A stretch of 64,000 bases of DNA from Pirellulales bacterium. Lineage in GTDB: Bacteria > Planctomycetota > Planctomycetia > Pirellulales > DATAWG01. The stretch is taken from contig DASZFO010000380.1 of the NCBI GenBank assembly GCA_035939775.1, positions 6,577 to 70,576 of the forward strand, in the 5' to 3' direction. Below, piece after piece: positions 27,857-36,110 of this stretch. The position numbers were made by a program, and so were the translations under genes. A model generated the notes under the pieces. That model was not told the origin of the DNA. It saw only the letters and a list, made by a program, of their open reading frames with translations, and did no database searches. Position 1 is the first letter of the stretch. Every line of letters starts with the position of its first letter.

Positions 27857-28186
27857 TTTCGGGTTTTGCCGGATTTGCCAAAGAATCCCGTTGTAGCACG
27901 CCGACCAATTACGTCAGAGGCACGCCCCAAGCGCGGAAGGCAAGCGTATAGCTCGCAATTTCCGCGATTAGGCGGTCTTGACCGAACAGTCAGTCCAGCC
28001 TGGAAAGACCCGGCGGCGGGGCATTGTAGGACCGAGGGGAGACTGCGGTCCACACCAATTGTCAACGGTCGCAACCGGCCGCCGCTCGCGGCAGCCGGCA
28101 TACGACGGGCGTCGATTACCAATCTTGCAGTGGGCTTGGGCGACTCGACCCAAGCACTCGCGAGAGTGACTCTGAGGGGGGAAACC

Positions 28187-29380
28187 ATGAGACTTTCGTT
28201 GGATCGTTGGACGCTGCTGCTGGCGTCGGCCGCCGTGGCGACCGGCTGCACGCTGCCCTATGAGTCGCAGCATCAGCATCTGGCCAAGTTTGAGACCACC
28301 GTGCAGCCGGCCACCAAGGTGCTGCCGCCCGCCGCCATGCTGCACCATCCGGGTCCGGGCGTCGATGGCCCAGGGCCGGGTGTGTTTGGCGTCGGCGCGC
28401 CGCCGATGATGTATGGCGGCCAGCCCGACACTTCGCAAATCGGCTTCCGTGGCAACGACGGTATGAAGATCTTCTGGGATGTCGGCGGGCACGGCCTGTT
28501 CGACTCGGAGCCGCTCGTTGAACCGGGCCGTTACAACTTCCCACAAGGGGCCATCTACCGACTCAAGCTGACGAACATTCCAGGCCGCCCTGGCGTGGAA
28601 CTCTATCCCACGCTGGAACTCGCCCTGGCGACCCCGCGGACGGAAGCGTTCCTCGCGCACAATTTCATCCCCTTCGAGTTGACCGCTGAAGACTTCGAGC
28701 AAGTGCTCTCCGGCAACTTCGTGACCAAGGTGATCTATCTCCCCGACGCCGAGCACCAAGAAGCGGTGTTGGCGGGAGCGGAAACCTTGGTGAGCACGCG
28801 GCTTGAGCCGGGCAAAGACCCGATCATGGAAGCCGAACGACGCGGCTCGATCATGGCGATCATCCGCATCGGCAACAAGGATTTGCAAGCTCCGGGCGCC
28901 GAAGGCGGCAATGGCATCATCCAAACCGGATTCCATAGCCCGCTGCTTGGCACGACCGGCAACTGCGGTCCGGAAGGCTGCGGCGGCGGAGTGCCGGGCG
29001 GTTATCAAGTAGCCGGGGGGATGCCCCCAGGATTTGTGGCCGGCGTCACCTCACCGCTCTATGGAATGCCGATCACGGGCACGCCAATCGGACTGGCTGG
29101 CCCGCCGCACGTGCCGCTTGGCGTGCCGGCCGGTTTGCAGGAACACATCATTGCGAACCACACGCACATGTCGATTCCCGACACGACCAAGAGAGTCAAG
29201 ATCGATGTCAAGCAAGAACCGGGCTTGTCGTATCCGAACCCGGTTCACCACGTAGTCATCGTCGAGGCGACGCACACGCCGCCGGTCGAGTATCACCAGC
29301 CGCTGGTGGACCACCACCAGGAGGCGCCGGGCGTTCCCGACAATTGCGACAACTGCGGCAACTGCGGTCCCGGACACTAA
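28187..29380 (+). CDS. Lipoprotein of unknown function, gene 1 of a 3-gene envelope operon
   Basis: ATG at 28187 follows GAGGGGGG. Lipobox LLLASAAVATGC. Gly/Pro-rich segments. C-terminal Cys cluster DNCDNCGNCGPGH. Shares a domain with the next gene. Confidence 0.65.
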   Translation: MRLSLDRWTLLLASAAVATGCTLPYESQHQHLAKFETTVQPATKVLPPAAMLHHPGPGVDGPGPGVFGVGAPPMMYGGQPDTSQIGFRGNDGMKIFWDVGGHGLFDSEPLVEPGRYNFPQGAIYRLKLTNIPGRPGVELYPTLELALATPRTEAFLAHNFIPFELTAEDFEQVLSGNFVTKVIYLPDAEHQEAVLAGAETLVSTRLEPGKDPIMEAERRGSIMAIIRIGNKDLQAPGAEGGNGIIQTGFHSPLLGTTGNCGPEGCGGGVPGGYQVAGGMPPGFVAGVTSPLYGMPITGTPIGLAGPPHVPLGVPAGLQEHIIANHTHMSIPDTTKRVKIDVKQEPGLSYPNPVHHVVIVEATHTPPVEYHQPLVDHHQEAPGVPDNCDNCGNCGPGH

Positions 29381-29571
29381 GGAGCGCAGCCAGTCGCAAA
29401 CGGAAACGCAGAACAGCGATCTCAAGCCCAGGGGCGACAACCCCTGGGCTTGACCGCTGTGCAGAGAAGCGGCGAGCGGCACGTGACAGTCGATAGCGGC
29501 GCGACCCGCTGAATTAGTCCTATCCTTCGTACTTCGGACTTCATACTTTGTACTTCGCGCTTATCACGACA

Positions 29572-30312
29572 ATGGTCGACATGCACCGCAGCCGAGCGAA
29601 TTGCCCGGAGGTCTTCCGACCGCAAACTGCCGGCAAGTGGCTTGCTCTGGTGATCGCGGTGTGGGCTCACAGCTCGATTCTACTGGCCCAGCAACCGCCG
29701 GTTCACTACGAACATGCAGGAGCGCTGCCACCGGGAGCGATTGGCAGCCGGCAGCTTGAGCGAGGCGGACCATTGCCGGGATATTTTCAGCCGGTTGAGA
29801 TCGAGGCGCCCGCGGGCGCCTCGGTCTCAATGGCCGTGGACGATCAATTCAGCCCGCCAGCCGCTGCCCCGCTGAAAGCCGGTATGCTGATCGGCTCGGT
29901 CTATCGGCTGCGCGTGATGGGGATTCCGCGACACGAAGGGGTCGAGGTGTTCCCGACGATCGAAGTCGTCAATCGTCTTTATCCTCCGCCGGGACAGGAA
30001 GTGCGATTCCCCGTGCCGGTCGAAGTGACGCTCGAGGATCTGGAATTGGCAATGGACGGACATTTCGTCACGCGGATCGTCTATTTGGAGGATCCGAAGC
30101 TGGCACTGCCCGCCGCCGCCGACAAGGAGCATCAAAACTGGTTCGAGGTCGGACCGCACGACGATCCGCTGGCCGTGGCCGACCGCTTGGGCCGGCCGAT
30201 GGCCATTCTCCGAATCGGCGGCCGCGTGCCAACCGATCCCGATCGACCAGGAGGCGAATTCATGTACCACTCCCCTCCCCTGCTCATGCTTTCGGGTCAC
30301 CAATCGCAATGA
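29572..30312 (+). CDS. Secreted protein paralogous to the core of gene 1
   Basis: Hydrophobic segment WLALVIAVWAHSSILLAQQ. The segment GSVYRLRVMGIPRHEGVEVFPTIEVV..VEVTLEDLELAMDGHFVTRIVYLEDP aligns to GAIYRLKLTNIPGRPGVELYPTLELA..FELTAEDFEQVLSGNFVTKVIYLPDA of gene 1. The start is uncertain (29548, 29572 or 29581). Confidence 0.6.
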   Translation: MVDMHRSRANCPEVFRPQTAGKWLALVIAVWAHSSILLAQQPPVHYEHAGALPPGAIGSRQLERGGPLPGYFQPVEIEAPAGASVSMAVDDQFSPPAAAPLKAGMLIGSVYRLRVMGIPRHEGVEVFPTIEVVNRLYPPPGQEVRFPVPVEVTLEDLELAMDGHFVTRIVYLEDPKLALPAAADKEHQNWFEVGPHDDPLAVADRLGRPMAILRIGGRVPTDPDRPGGEFMYHSPPLLMLSGHQSQ

Positions 30313-31547
30313 AGCTGCGCCGCTTCCAAATTGTGATCGCCCTGCTCTGCCTCGCGGGTTGCCAGGCGCCGCAGTCGCACGGACCGATTCCGACGGGCGC
30401 TGGCGATGCGATGGCTGTCGGCGCTCCGTTGCCCGTCGGTCCCAAATTCGCCGCTGGCGCGCCGAAGTCGCAGCTCCAGCCGCAGCAGCCGGGATTGCCG
30501 ACCACCGCCTTCACCGGCTATCCGGGGGACGGTTATACTCAGCCCGGCAATGTGCCCGAATTCATGCAACAGGCGGGCGATTGCACGCCATTGCCCACTG
30601 CGACGTTCGGCCCTTGGCGTCCGCCCGGAATCGGCGGCACTTGGCCGCCCGATGAATACATCTGCGATGGCGGCGGCTCGCCGCAAACCGTCGTTCGCTC
30701 CGATTGGCGGATCGAGGGACTCAAGCCCGAAGAGACGATCGCCCACTTCGACACGATCGACGGCCGGACCGTGGTCGAGCCGACGAACAAGGTTTGCCTC
30801 TACGCTCCGCGATTCGCCGCGGTTCGCAAAGTCGATACTCCGTTCGACGGCCACCAGCTCGAAGAGGCCAGCGGCATCGCGATCCGCGAAGGGTTGCACC
30901 AAGCCAATGAGGCGAATCTCGCTCGATCCGCCATGCAGCCGCTCGAACCAATCGGGGCGATCGAAGACAAACAGAGCATCGCGCTGGTGAAGCAGCAGCC
31001 AGGCATCGACCTCTCGAATCGGATCGGCGCCGGCGCCGTTCAAGATCGCGTCAGGCCGTATGAAGATTTTCTGTACATCCGTTCGGGCGTGATGCAAGAT
31101 GAAGAAAAGCCGGTCCTCGCCCAGCGAATTCAAGCGGCCATCACATGGACGAGCGACCGAGGCGTGCAGGTCACGCTGAGCGGTCGTCGGGCAACGCCCG
31201 TCATTGGCGATCAGCGGGCGAGCGCCGTCTATGAAGTCGATGTGCCCAATCATCCGCGGCTGCAAATCTGCAAGATCGCCTCGACCGACAACGCCCAGCC
31301 GGGCGAAACGGTCGATTTCACGATCCGCTTCGACAACGTCGGCGATCAGAAGATGGGGAACGTCACGATCGTCGACAATCTCACCACGCGGCTGGAATAC
31401 GTGCCCGACTCGGAGCAAAGCTCGGCTAAGACCACATTCTCGACGCAGCCAAACGAAGTCGGCTCGCTCGTCCTGCGCTGGGAAATCACCGACCCACTCG
31501 CCCCCGGCCAAGGCGGCGTTATTCGCTTCCAGTGCAAGGTGCGGTAG
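30309..31547 (+). CDS. Lipoprotein with C-terminal DUF11 (conserved repeat) domain
   Basis: Lipobox VIALLCLAGCQ. ATGA overlap with the upstream stop. C-terminal segment PGETVDFTIRFDNVGDQKMGNVTIVDNLTTRLEYVPDS is DUF11/TIGR01451-like. Confidence 0.7.
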   Translation: MKLRRFQIVIALLCLAGCQAPQSHGPIPTGAGDAMAVGAPLPVGPKFAAGAPKSQLQPQQPGLPTTAFTGYPGDGYTQPGNVPEFMQQAGDCTPLPTATFGPWRPPGIGGTWPPDEYICDGGGSPQTVVRSDWRIEGLKPEETIAHFDTIDGRTVVEPTNKVCLYAPRFAAVRKVDTPFDGHQLEEASGIAIREGLHQANEANLARSAMQPLEPIGAIEDKQSIALVKQQPGIDLSNRIGAGAVQDRVRPYEDFLYIRSGVMQDEEKPVLAQRIQAAITWTSDRGVQVTLSGRRATPVIGDQRASAVYEVDVPNHPRLQICKIASTDNAQPGETVDFTIRFDNVGDQKMGNVTIVDNLTTRLEYVPDSEQSSAKTTFSTQPNEVGSLVLRWEITDPLAPGQGGVIRFQCKVR

Positions 31548-31614
31548 CGCCAGGACCATCCGAATCGCGATCCGCCTCCGAGCAGTTCTTCCGTGCTTCG
31601 TTGCGTATATTAGA

Positions 31615-32190
31615 ATGACGCGTATGGAGCGTGCGAACTACAAGCGATTCTATGCTTTGTTATTCAAGCCAATTGCAGACCGGCTCGGTCCACTTGACAC
31701 CGAGACGCTGATGGCGATCCTCGGATTCGACTTCGGCGGACCGGTAAGCCTTTGCACCGTCGGGCATTCACGCGAGCGGTTTGTCACATACGTTTCGTGC
31801 GAATTAGCAGTGCGTGATGGCCAACAGTCGGGCAAAACGGGTCCGTACGAGGTGATGATGACTTGCGACGATGAGGACTGGGCGAGAAGGATCCTAACAC
31901 GAGTTGGACGCATGTCGTTTAATAGCCTGTTCGAGCATGGCCACAGCATCGACCTTGGCGAGATTGTCGGAGCCGAGTGCCCAATGCAGGGATTGGTCGT
32001 CGAAGAGTATGCCCGTGTTCCGATTGACGGTCGAGCCTACGGCATCCTTCGTATTCACGGGGTGACTCGCCCTGAGTTAGAATTTGCAATGATGTTTGGC
32101 ACGAATCGGTTGCTTGACTGCGTTAAGCGAGGAGGAGTGTATCCGCGAACAAGCATTCACCGGAGGGAGTCTGTCGAGACCGGAGTTTAA
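31615..32190 (+). CDS. SUFU-like (suppressor-of-fused family) protein, immunity-protein type
   Basis: Start at MTRMERANYKRFY. The C-terminal pattern IHGVTRPELEFAMMFGTNRLLDCVKRGGVYPRTSIHRRESV resembles bacterial SUFU-family proteins. Assignment is from memory. Confidence 0.55.
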   Translation: MTRMERANYKRFYALLFKPIADRLGPLDTETLMAILGFDFGGPVSLCTVGHSRERFVTYVSCELAVRDGQQSGKTGPYEVMMTCDDEDWARRILTRVGRMSFNSLFEHGHSIDLGEIVGAECPMQGLVVEEYARVPIDGRAYGILRIHGVTRPELEFAMMFGTNRLLDCVKRGGVYPRTSIHRRESVETGV

Positions 32191-32199
32191 TCGAACCTC

Positions 32200-32616
32200 G
32201 TGGAAAGAATTCTGGCGATTTCGCATATGGGTACAACATTGTCGGCCATTGAGCGGGTTCGACGGGCACTTGTATCTCCGACCCGTGGGGTCATCGGGAT
32301 CGCCGACGACTTGGTGGTTTCGGCGTCGGAGCTAGGCCTTGGAATCGAATGGCGCGAAGGACATTGCCGTCTCCGGTGGGGCGAGCCCGATTCGAAGGTA
32401 ACCGCCAGGATGTACCTTCCGAAATCGGTCTTCCGTGCTGTGCTGGCGCGCATCGCAGCCCTTTGCAACGAGCGATACCCAAACTCTGTTTCGTCGTACG
32501 GTGGCTCCGGAACATTTTCGACGGGCGCTAGAGCCGAAATCGTGTATCAGGTTACGTTCTCAAACACGCCTGCGGACCAGAGATTGGAACTTAAGCGTGA
32601 ATCCCACGCTTCGTGA
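32200..32616 (+). CDS. Hypothetical protein (138 aa)
   Basis: Open frame with a GTG start 9 nt after the SUFU-like stop. No motif recognised. Confidence 0.4.
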   Translation: MERILAISHMGTTLSAIERVRRALVSPTRGVIGIADDLVVSASELGLGIEWREGHCRLRWGEPDSKVTARMYLPKSVFRAVLARIAALCNERYPNSVSSYGGSGTFSTGARAEIVYQVTFSNTPADQRLELKRESHAS

Positions 32617-32623
32617 ATCTTGT

Positions 32624-33280
32624 ATGCACTCCTGGATTCGCCGGCCCTTTGTTGTGGTCTCCTTGGTCGCGATTTCCTCGCTGGGGATAGTTAAGGCGGC
32701 GGACAAGGCTGGCGATTCCTCGCGGAAATACGCCGATGGCCCGATCGTGCCGGGGGATTTCAAGGCTGCGGTGCCTGATCCGACGCCCGTCAAGGATGGC
32801 GTCAAGTTGCGGGCGATGACGCATACGGACATCCGATATTCGACCCGTTATCGCTGGGACGAATCGAACCCTGGAATGGTCTCGGCCTGGCTCACGCGGT
32901 TCGATTGCTACGCGGCGCTCGTTTGCGACAAATGCTGGATCAAGGAGCCGATGGACTTGCGGCTCATTGACCACGAGCAGGGGCATTTCGACATCACTGA
33001 GATCAACGCCCGGCGAGCCCAGAAGAAATTCGATCAGTTGATCGCCGAGAAGGGTCTAGTCGGCCACGGCCACGAAGAAGCGTCGGCCGTCGCTGATCTC
33101 AACAGGCAAGTTGACGACCAAATGCAGCAGGTCTTCGACAAGGAACGCGACGAGCAAATCGAATACGATCGCGTCACCAATCACGGCCGGAACCATTCCG
33201 CTCAAGCCGAGCAGCGCCAAATTCAACTCGATCGACTTAGAGAACTCGACGCGAAGGATTTGAACACGACCGACATGTGA
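32624..33280 (+). CDS. DUF922-like secreted putative Zn-metalloprotease
   Basis: Signal segment MHSWIRRPFVVVSLVAISSLGIVKAAD. The motif LIDHEQGHFDITE contains an HExxH. Confidence 0.6.
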   Translation: MHSWIRRPFVVVSLVAISSLGIVKAADKAGDSSRKYADGPIVPGDFKAAVPDPTPVKDGVKLRAMTHTDIRYSTRYRWDESNPGMVSAWLTRFDCYAALVCDKCWIKEPMDLRLIDHEQGHFDITEINARRAQKKFDQLIAEKGLVGHGHEEASAVADLNRQVDDQMQQVFDKERDEQIEYDRVTNHGRNHSAQAEQRQIQLDRLRELDAKDLNTTDM

Positions 33281-33315
33281 AATAGAGAATCCAAAATCGA
33301 AAATCAAAATCCGTA

Positions 33316-33331
33316 CTCCCCTGCCCTGCCC
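33316..33331 (+). repeat. CTCCCCTGCCCTGCCC 16-mer (copy 1), just downstream of the calpain-like gene
   Basis: An exact match occurs at 34837-34852. It belongs to a recurrent GGGCAGGG/CCCTGCCC motif family. Confidence 0.8.
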
Positions 33332-33334
33332 TTC

Positions 33335-34699
33335 TCAGTTTCCTCGCACCGTCTGCTCGCCGGTCGTTCGATTCGGTACGTTCTTGGGCGACGTGGCCAT
33401 GCGTGCGGGATTCTTCGCTAGACCCGCAGCAACGGCTCCTCCCTTGACCGGAACGTGGTCGATCGAGCCGAAGTCGGCCCAGAAATCTTGCCAGCTCACG
33501 CTGAACGTGCCGTACTTGATATTCTTGTTGTTCCCGCGCAGCCCCCAGGGATTGTAGAGCGTCACCTGCTCGCTCGCCGGATCGTAGCCGACGATCACGT
33601 AGCTATGATGCGGCACCAAGGAATCGGGAACTTCGTTTTTGGAATTCGCCAGTTCCAGTTCTCCTTTGGCCAGGGAGGCAATCGTGTTTAACCCGTCGCG
33701 TGAAGCGGCCACACCGGTCAATAGCGGCAGCGTGGTCGTGCTCTTGCCGCCGCGGCCGATCTCTGCGAACGAATTGACTCCGGCGGTGCCCTTGGTGGTT
33801 AACCAACCGGATTCATTCAACTGGGCCAGCGCCTTCTCCGCCAGAGCTAGCCAGAGGACATTTTTGGCGTTGGCGGCCAAATCACCGCGATTCTCGTAGA
33901 CAAAACGCCCCTTCTCGTCTACCGGCAGGAAGCGATCGACGGTCAAGAAGACCGGTTTGCCTTCGCGATAAAACCGGACGGTGAAGGTGCCGTCGCGATT
34001 GTCGCCAAACATGCGTTGAATCTGTTCGGGATTCCGCAGCGCGACTTCGCCCAAGGCCGCCAGGAAAAAGCAGTCGCCGAGATCACCCTGATGCAGGTCC
34101 GACAACTTCGGCGCGCCGTCGAACAGTACGCCGGCCGTCCGCTGATAATGGAATTTGGAATCAATCTGCGGGCGGTCGGCGCCGAAGAACCATTTTTGCA
34201 CCAGGGCTTCGAGATGCTTTCCGCTGCTGCCCGGCTCGAGATCGCCGAGCGGCTGTCCCTGGAAACGGGCATTCGCCGGATCGGCGAGAACCACTTTTCG
34301 CGCGAGATCGGCGACAAATGGGGGCATCCCGAGGAGCTTGGCGTTTTCGGCCAGAGCGCGCAGCGTTTGAAATTGATCGTCGTCAATCCGATCGCCCTCG
34401 GCCGCCGAGTGAAAGATCGCGATCATGTCCGAGCGGGTAAGATGATGGTGGTCGGCGAATCGCGCGGCCGCCAGATCGCGCAAGTCCGGATCGGAGAGAT
34501 GCCGTTCGAACCATTCTGGCGACAAGCTCGTTGCCGGTGGCGCGGACGGCGTCTGGCCGCGAGTTGCTGACCGTCGCGTCGGAACACCACTCGGCGAGGC
34601 ATCGGCCGCGAATGCAACGCGGCCGATGCCGGTCAGAGCGACCATGACCGCGAAGTTAAGCAAAGTTTTGACTGTCGAGTTGATGGTAGGCCAGGTCAT
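33335..34699 (-). CDS. Calpain-family (peptidase C2-like) cysteine protease, secreted
   Basis: Start at MTWPTINSTVKTLLNFAVMVALTGIGRVAFA. Catalytic Cys box QGDLGDCFFLAALGEVA. His in HHSYVIVGY. Asn in LYNPWG. Confidence 0.75.
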   Translation of the reverse strand: MTWPTINSTVKTLLNFAVMVALTGIGRVAFAADASPSGVPTRRSATRGQTPSAPPATSLSPEWFERHLSDPDLRDLAAARFADHHHLTRSDMIAIFHSAAEGDRIDDDQFQTLRALAENAKLLGMPPFVADLARKVVLADPANARFQGQPLGDLEPGSSGKHLEALVQKWFFGADRPQIDSKFHYQRTAGVLFDGAPKLSDLHQGDLGDCFFLAALGEVALRNPEQIQRMFGDNRDGTFTVRFYREGKPVFLTVDRFLPVDEKGRFVYENRGDLAANAKNVLWLALAEKALAQLNESGWLTTKGTAGVNSFAEIGRGGKSTTTLPLLTGVAASRDGLNTIASLAKGELELANSKNEVPDSLVPHHSYVIVGYDPASEQVTLYNPWGLRGNNKNIKYGTFSVSWQDFWADFGSIDHVPVKGGAVAAGLAKNPARMATSPKNVPNRTTGEQTVRGN

Positions 34700-34836
34700 G
34701 GCATGTCCTTGCGCTCGCGGTGATCTTGGTTCAGCCTTAATGAGCGCAGATTCCGCGGCTTTGTTACGCGGAAGCGATTTGCCTTGACCCGATTCGCACG
34801 GTCGCGGTACAGTTCCGGCCGGGAGGTCGTACTTTG

Positions 34837-34852
34837 CTCCCCTGCCCTGCCC
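34837..34852 (+). repeat. CTCCCCTGCCCTGCCC 16-mer (copy 2), in the calpain / phosphohexomutase-like divergent spacer
   Basis: Exact match to 33316-33331. Both copies are preceded by CGTACT. Confidence 0.8.
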
Positions 34853-34873
34853 GCGCTTTAGGTTGCTTTGCCA

Positions 34874-36091
34874 ATGGATCTCGAAACGGTTTACCGATGC
34901 CCGGGTGAAGCGTATGACATCAGCCGCTGGGTCCATCTCGGTCGCCTGGCCAGCTTCTATCCGGCTTGCGGCGACTGCCCACATCGCGGCGACACGGCAA
35001 CCTTGTCGGCTCGCCGCATCAGGATGTTGACCGTCGTTCAGCGGCAGGCCGGCAGGGCGAACCCGCCTTTCCACGCCGAGGGCATCTCAGGCGTTTATTT
35101 GAACGAGGTCGGACCCGAACTTGCTCGCCGCGTCGGGCAAGCTCTGGGGACGTACCTCTCGCACTACGATTCGGACACTGCGCCGCGCGTCGTTTTAGCC
35201 AATGATGGCCGCCCATCGACGATCGAACTCGCGACCACCGCCGCGGACGGCCTGCGCTGGACGGGTTGCTCGGTGGCCGACCTCGGCGCCGCGACGGCCC
35301 CTTGCTTGGCGCTCGCCGCCGAGCGGCAAGAGGCGGACGGCGCGCTGCTCATTGGGAACCCCGGAGGCAAACAACAAGAAGTCGGGCTGACGCTCTGGGG
35401 GCGATGCGGCGAACCGCTTTCCGCGCCGGGAGAGTTGGATTCCGTCCGTCGCCTGGTCGACTCCCCTGCCCCGCGGCCACGGCGAGCTTTTGGCGGCATC
35501 GAGCAGATTATTGCGGGCGACAGCTACTTGGCGCAGCTCGAAACGCATTATCACGCGTTGCGGCCACTGCGGTTTTTCGTCGATACGACGTCATTCGCGC
35601 TCGTCGAATATATCAAGCGATTGACGAGCAAGGTCGCGCTGAAGATTCACTTCGAGTCACGGATTCTCCAACGGCTCCGCCCTGGCGAGGCGCATTTCGG
35701 CATTTGGATCGACGGCGACGGCGAACGCTGCCGCATCGTCGACGAGCGAGGAGAACCGGTATCTGTCGAGGCGCTCGTAGTACTTTTTGCTCGCGAGTCT
35801 CTCGCCGCACGGCAGAGTGTGAAGATCGTGCTGTCTGAGTCGATCAGCCAACTCGCGCCGACGTTGAACCGCCTGGGAGTTGAGACCTTCACGGCCGCTT
35901 CCAACCGGCAGGCGATTTACAACGCGGTGGTTCAGCATCAGCCCGACCTCGCGGCGGATGAGCATGGCCGGATCTGGTTCGCGGGCCAGTCAAACTGCGC
36001 CGATGCGCTCAAAGTGCTCACGCTGCTTCTGACGCTCCTGAGCCGCAGCGATCAGCCATTGTCGGAGCACATCGCTTCGGAGATACTCTGA
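34874..36091 (+). CDS. Phosphohexomutase-like protein with a degenerate active-site loop and an N-terminal Cys-rich motif
   Basis: N-terminal CPGEAY..FYPACGDCPH. PGM/PMM-like blocks: FHAEGISGVY, VLANDGRPST and ADLGAATAPCLALA. The position of the TASHNP phosphoserine loop reads LLIGNPGGKQ, with no Ser or His. Confidence 0.5.
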   Translation: MDLETVYRCPGEAYDISRWVHLGRLASFYPACGDCPHRGDTATLSARRIRMLTVVQRQAGRANPPFHAEGISGVYLNEVGPELARRVGQALGTYLSHYDSDTAPRVVLANDGRPSTIELATTAADGLRWTGCSVADLGAATAPCLALAAERQEADGALLIGNPGGKQQEVGLTLWGRCGEPLSAPGELDSVRRLVDSPAPRPRRAFGGIEQIIAGDSYLAQLETHYHALRPLRFFVDTTSFALVEYIKRLTSKVALKIHFESRILQRLRPGEAHFGIWIDGDGERCRIVDERGEPVSVEALVVLFARESLAARQSVKIVLSESISQLAPTLNRLGVETFTAASNRQAIYNAVVQHQPDLAADEHGRIWFAGQSNCADALKVLTLLLTLLSRSDQPLSEHIASEIL

Positions 36092-36110
36092 GTTCGAGCA
36101 CTGGTCTCCT

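Noticed and set aside
27968-31559. Long minus-strand ORFs (27968-29008, 346 aa; 30297-31559, 420 aa) opposite the lipoprotein operon.
   Set aside because: The + strand genes have lipoboxes, SD sites, ATGA coupling and a DUF11 domain. The minus-strand products are Arg/Asp-rich with no signal or motif.
31204-31614. N-terminal 137 aa of track ORF 31204-32190. Similar 5' extensions occur in ORFs 10554, 11306, 18407, 23759, 25814, 27866, 32435, 35074, 42518 and 44637.
   Set aside because: These extensions overlap the preceding gene or intergenic repeats. Internal starts give proper signal peptides or family-typical N-termini, so I trimmed the calls to those starts.
33291-33312. AAAATC x3 mini-repeat (ccAAAATCgAAAATCAAAATCc) after the DUF922 gene.
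   Set aside because: It is very short. It is likely just an A-rich spacer between convergent genes.
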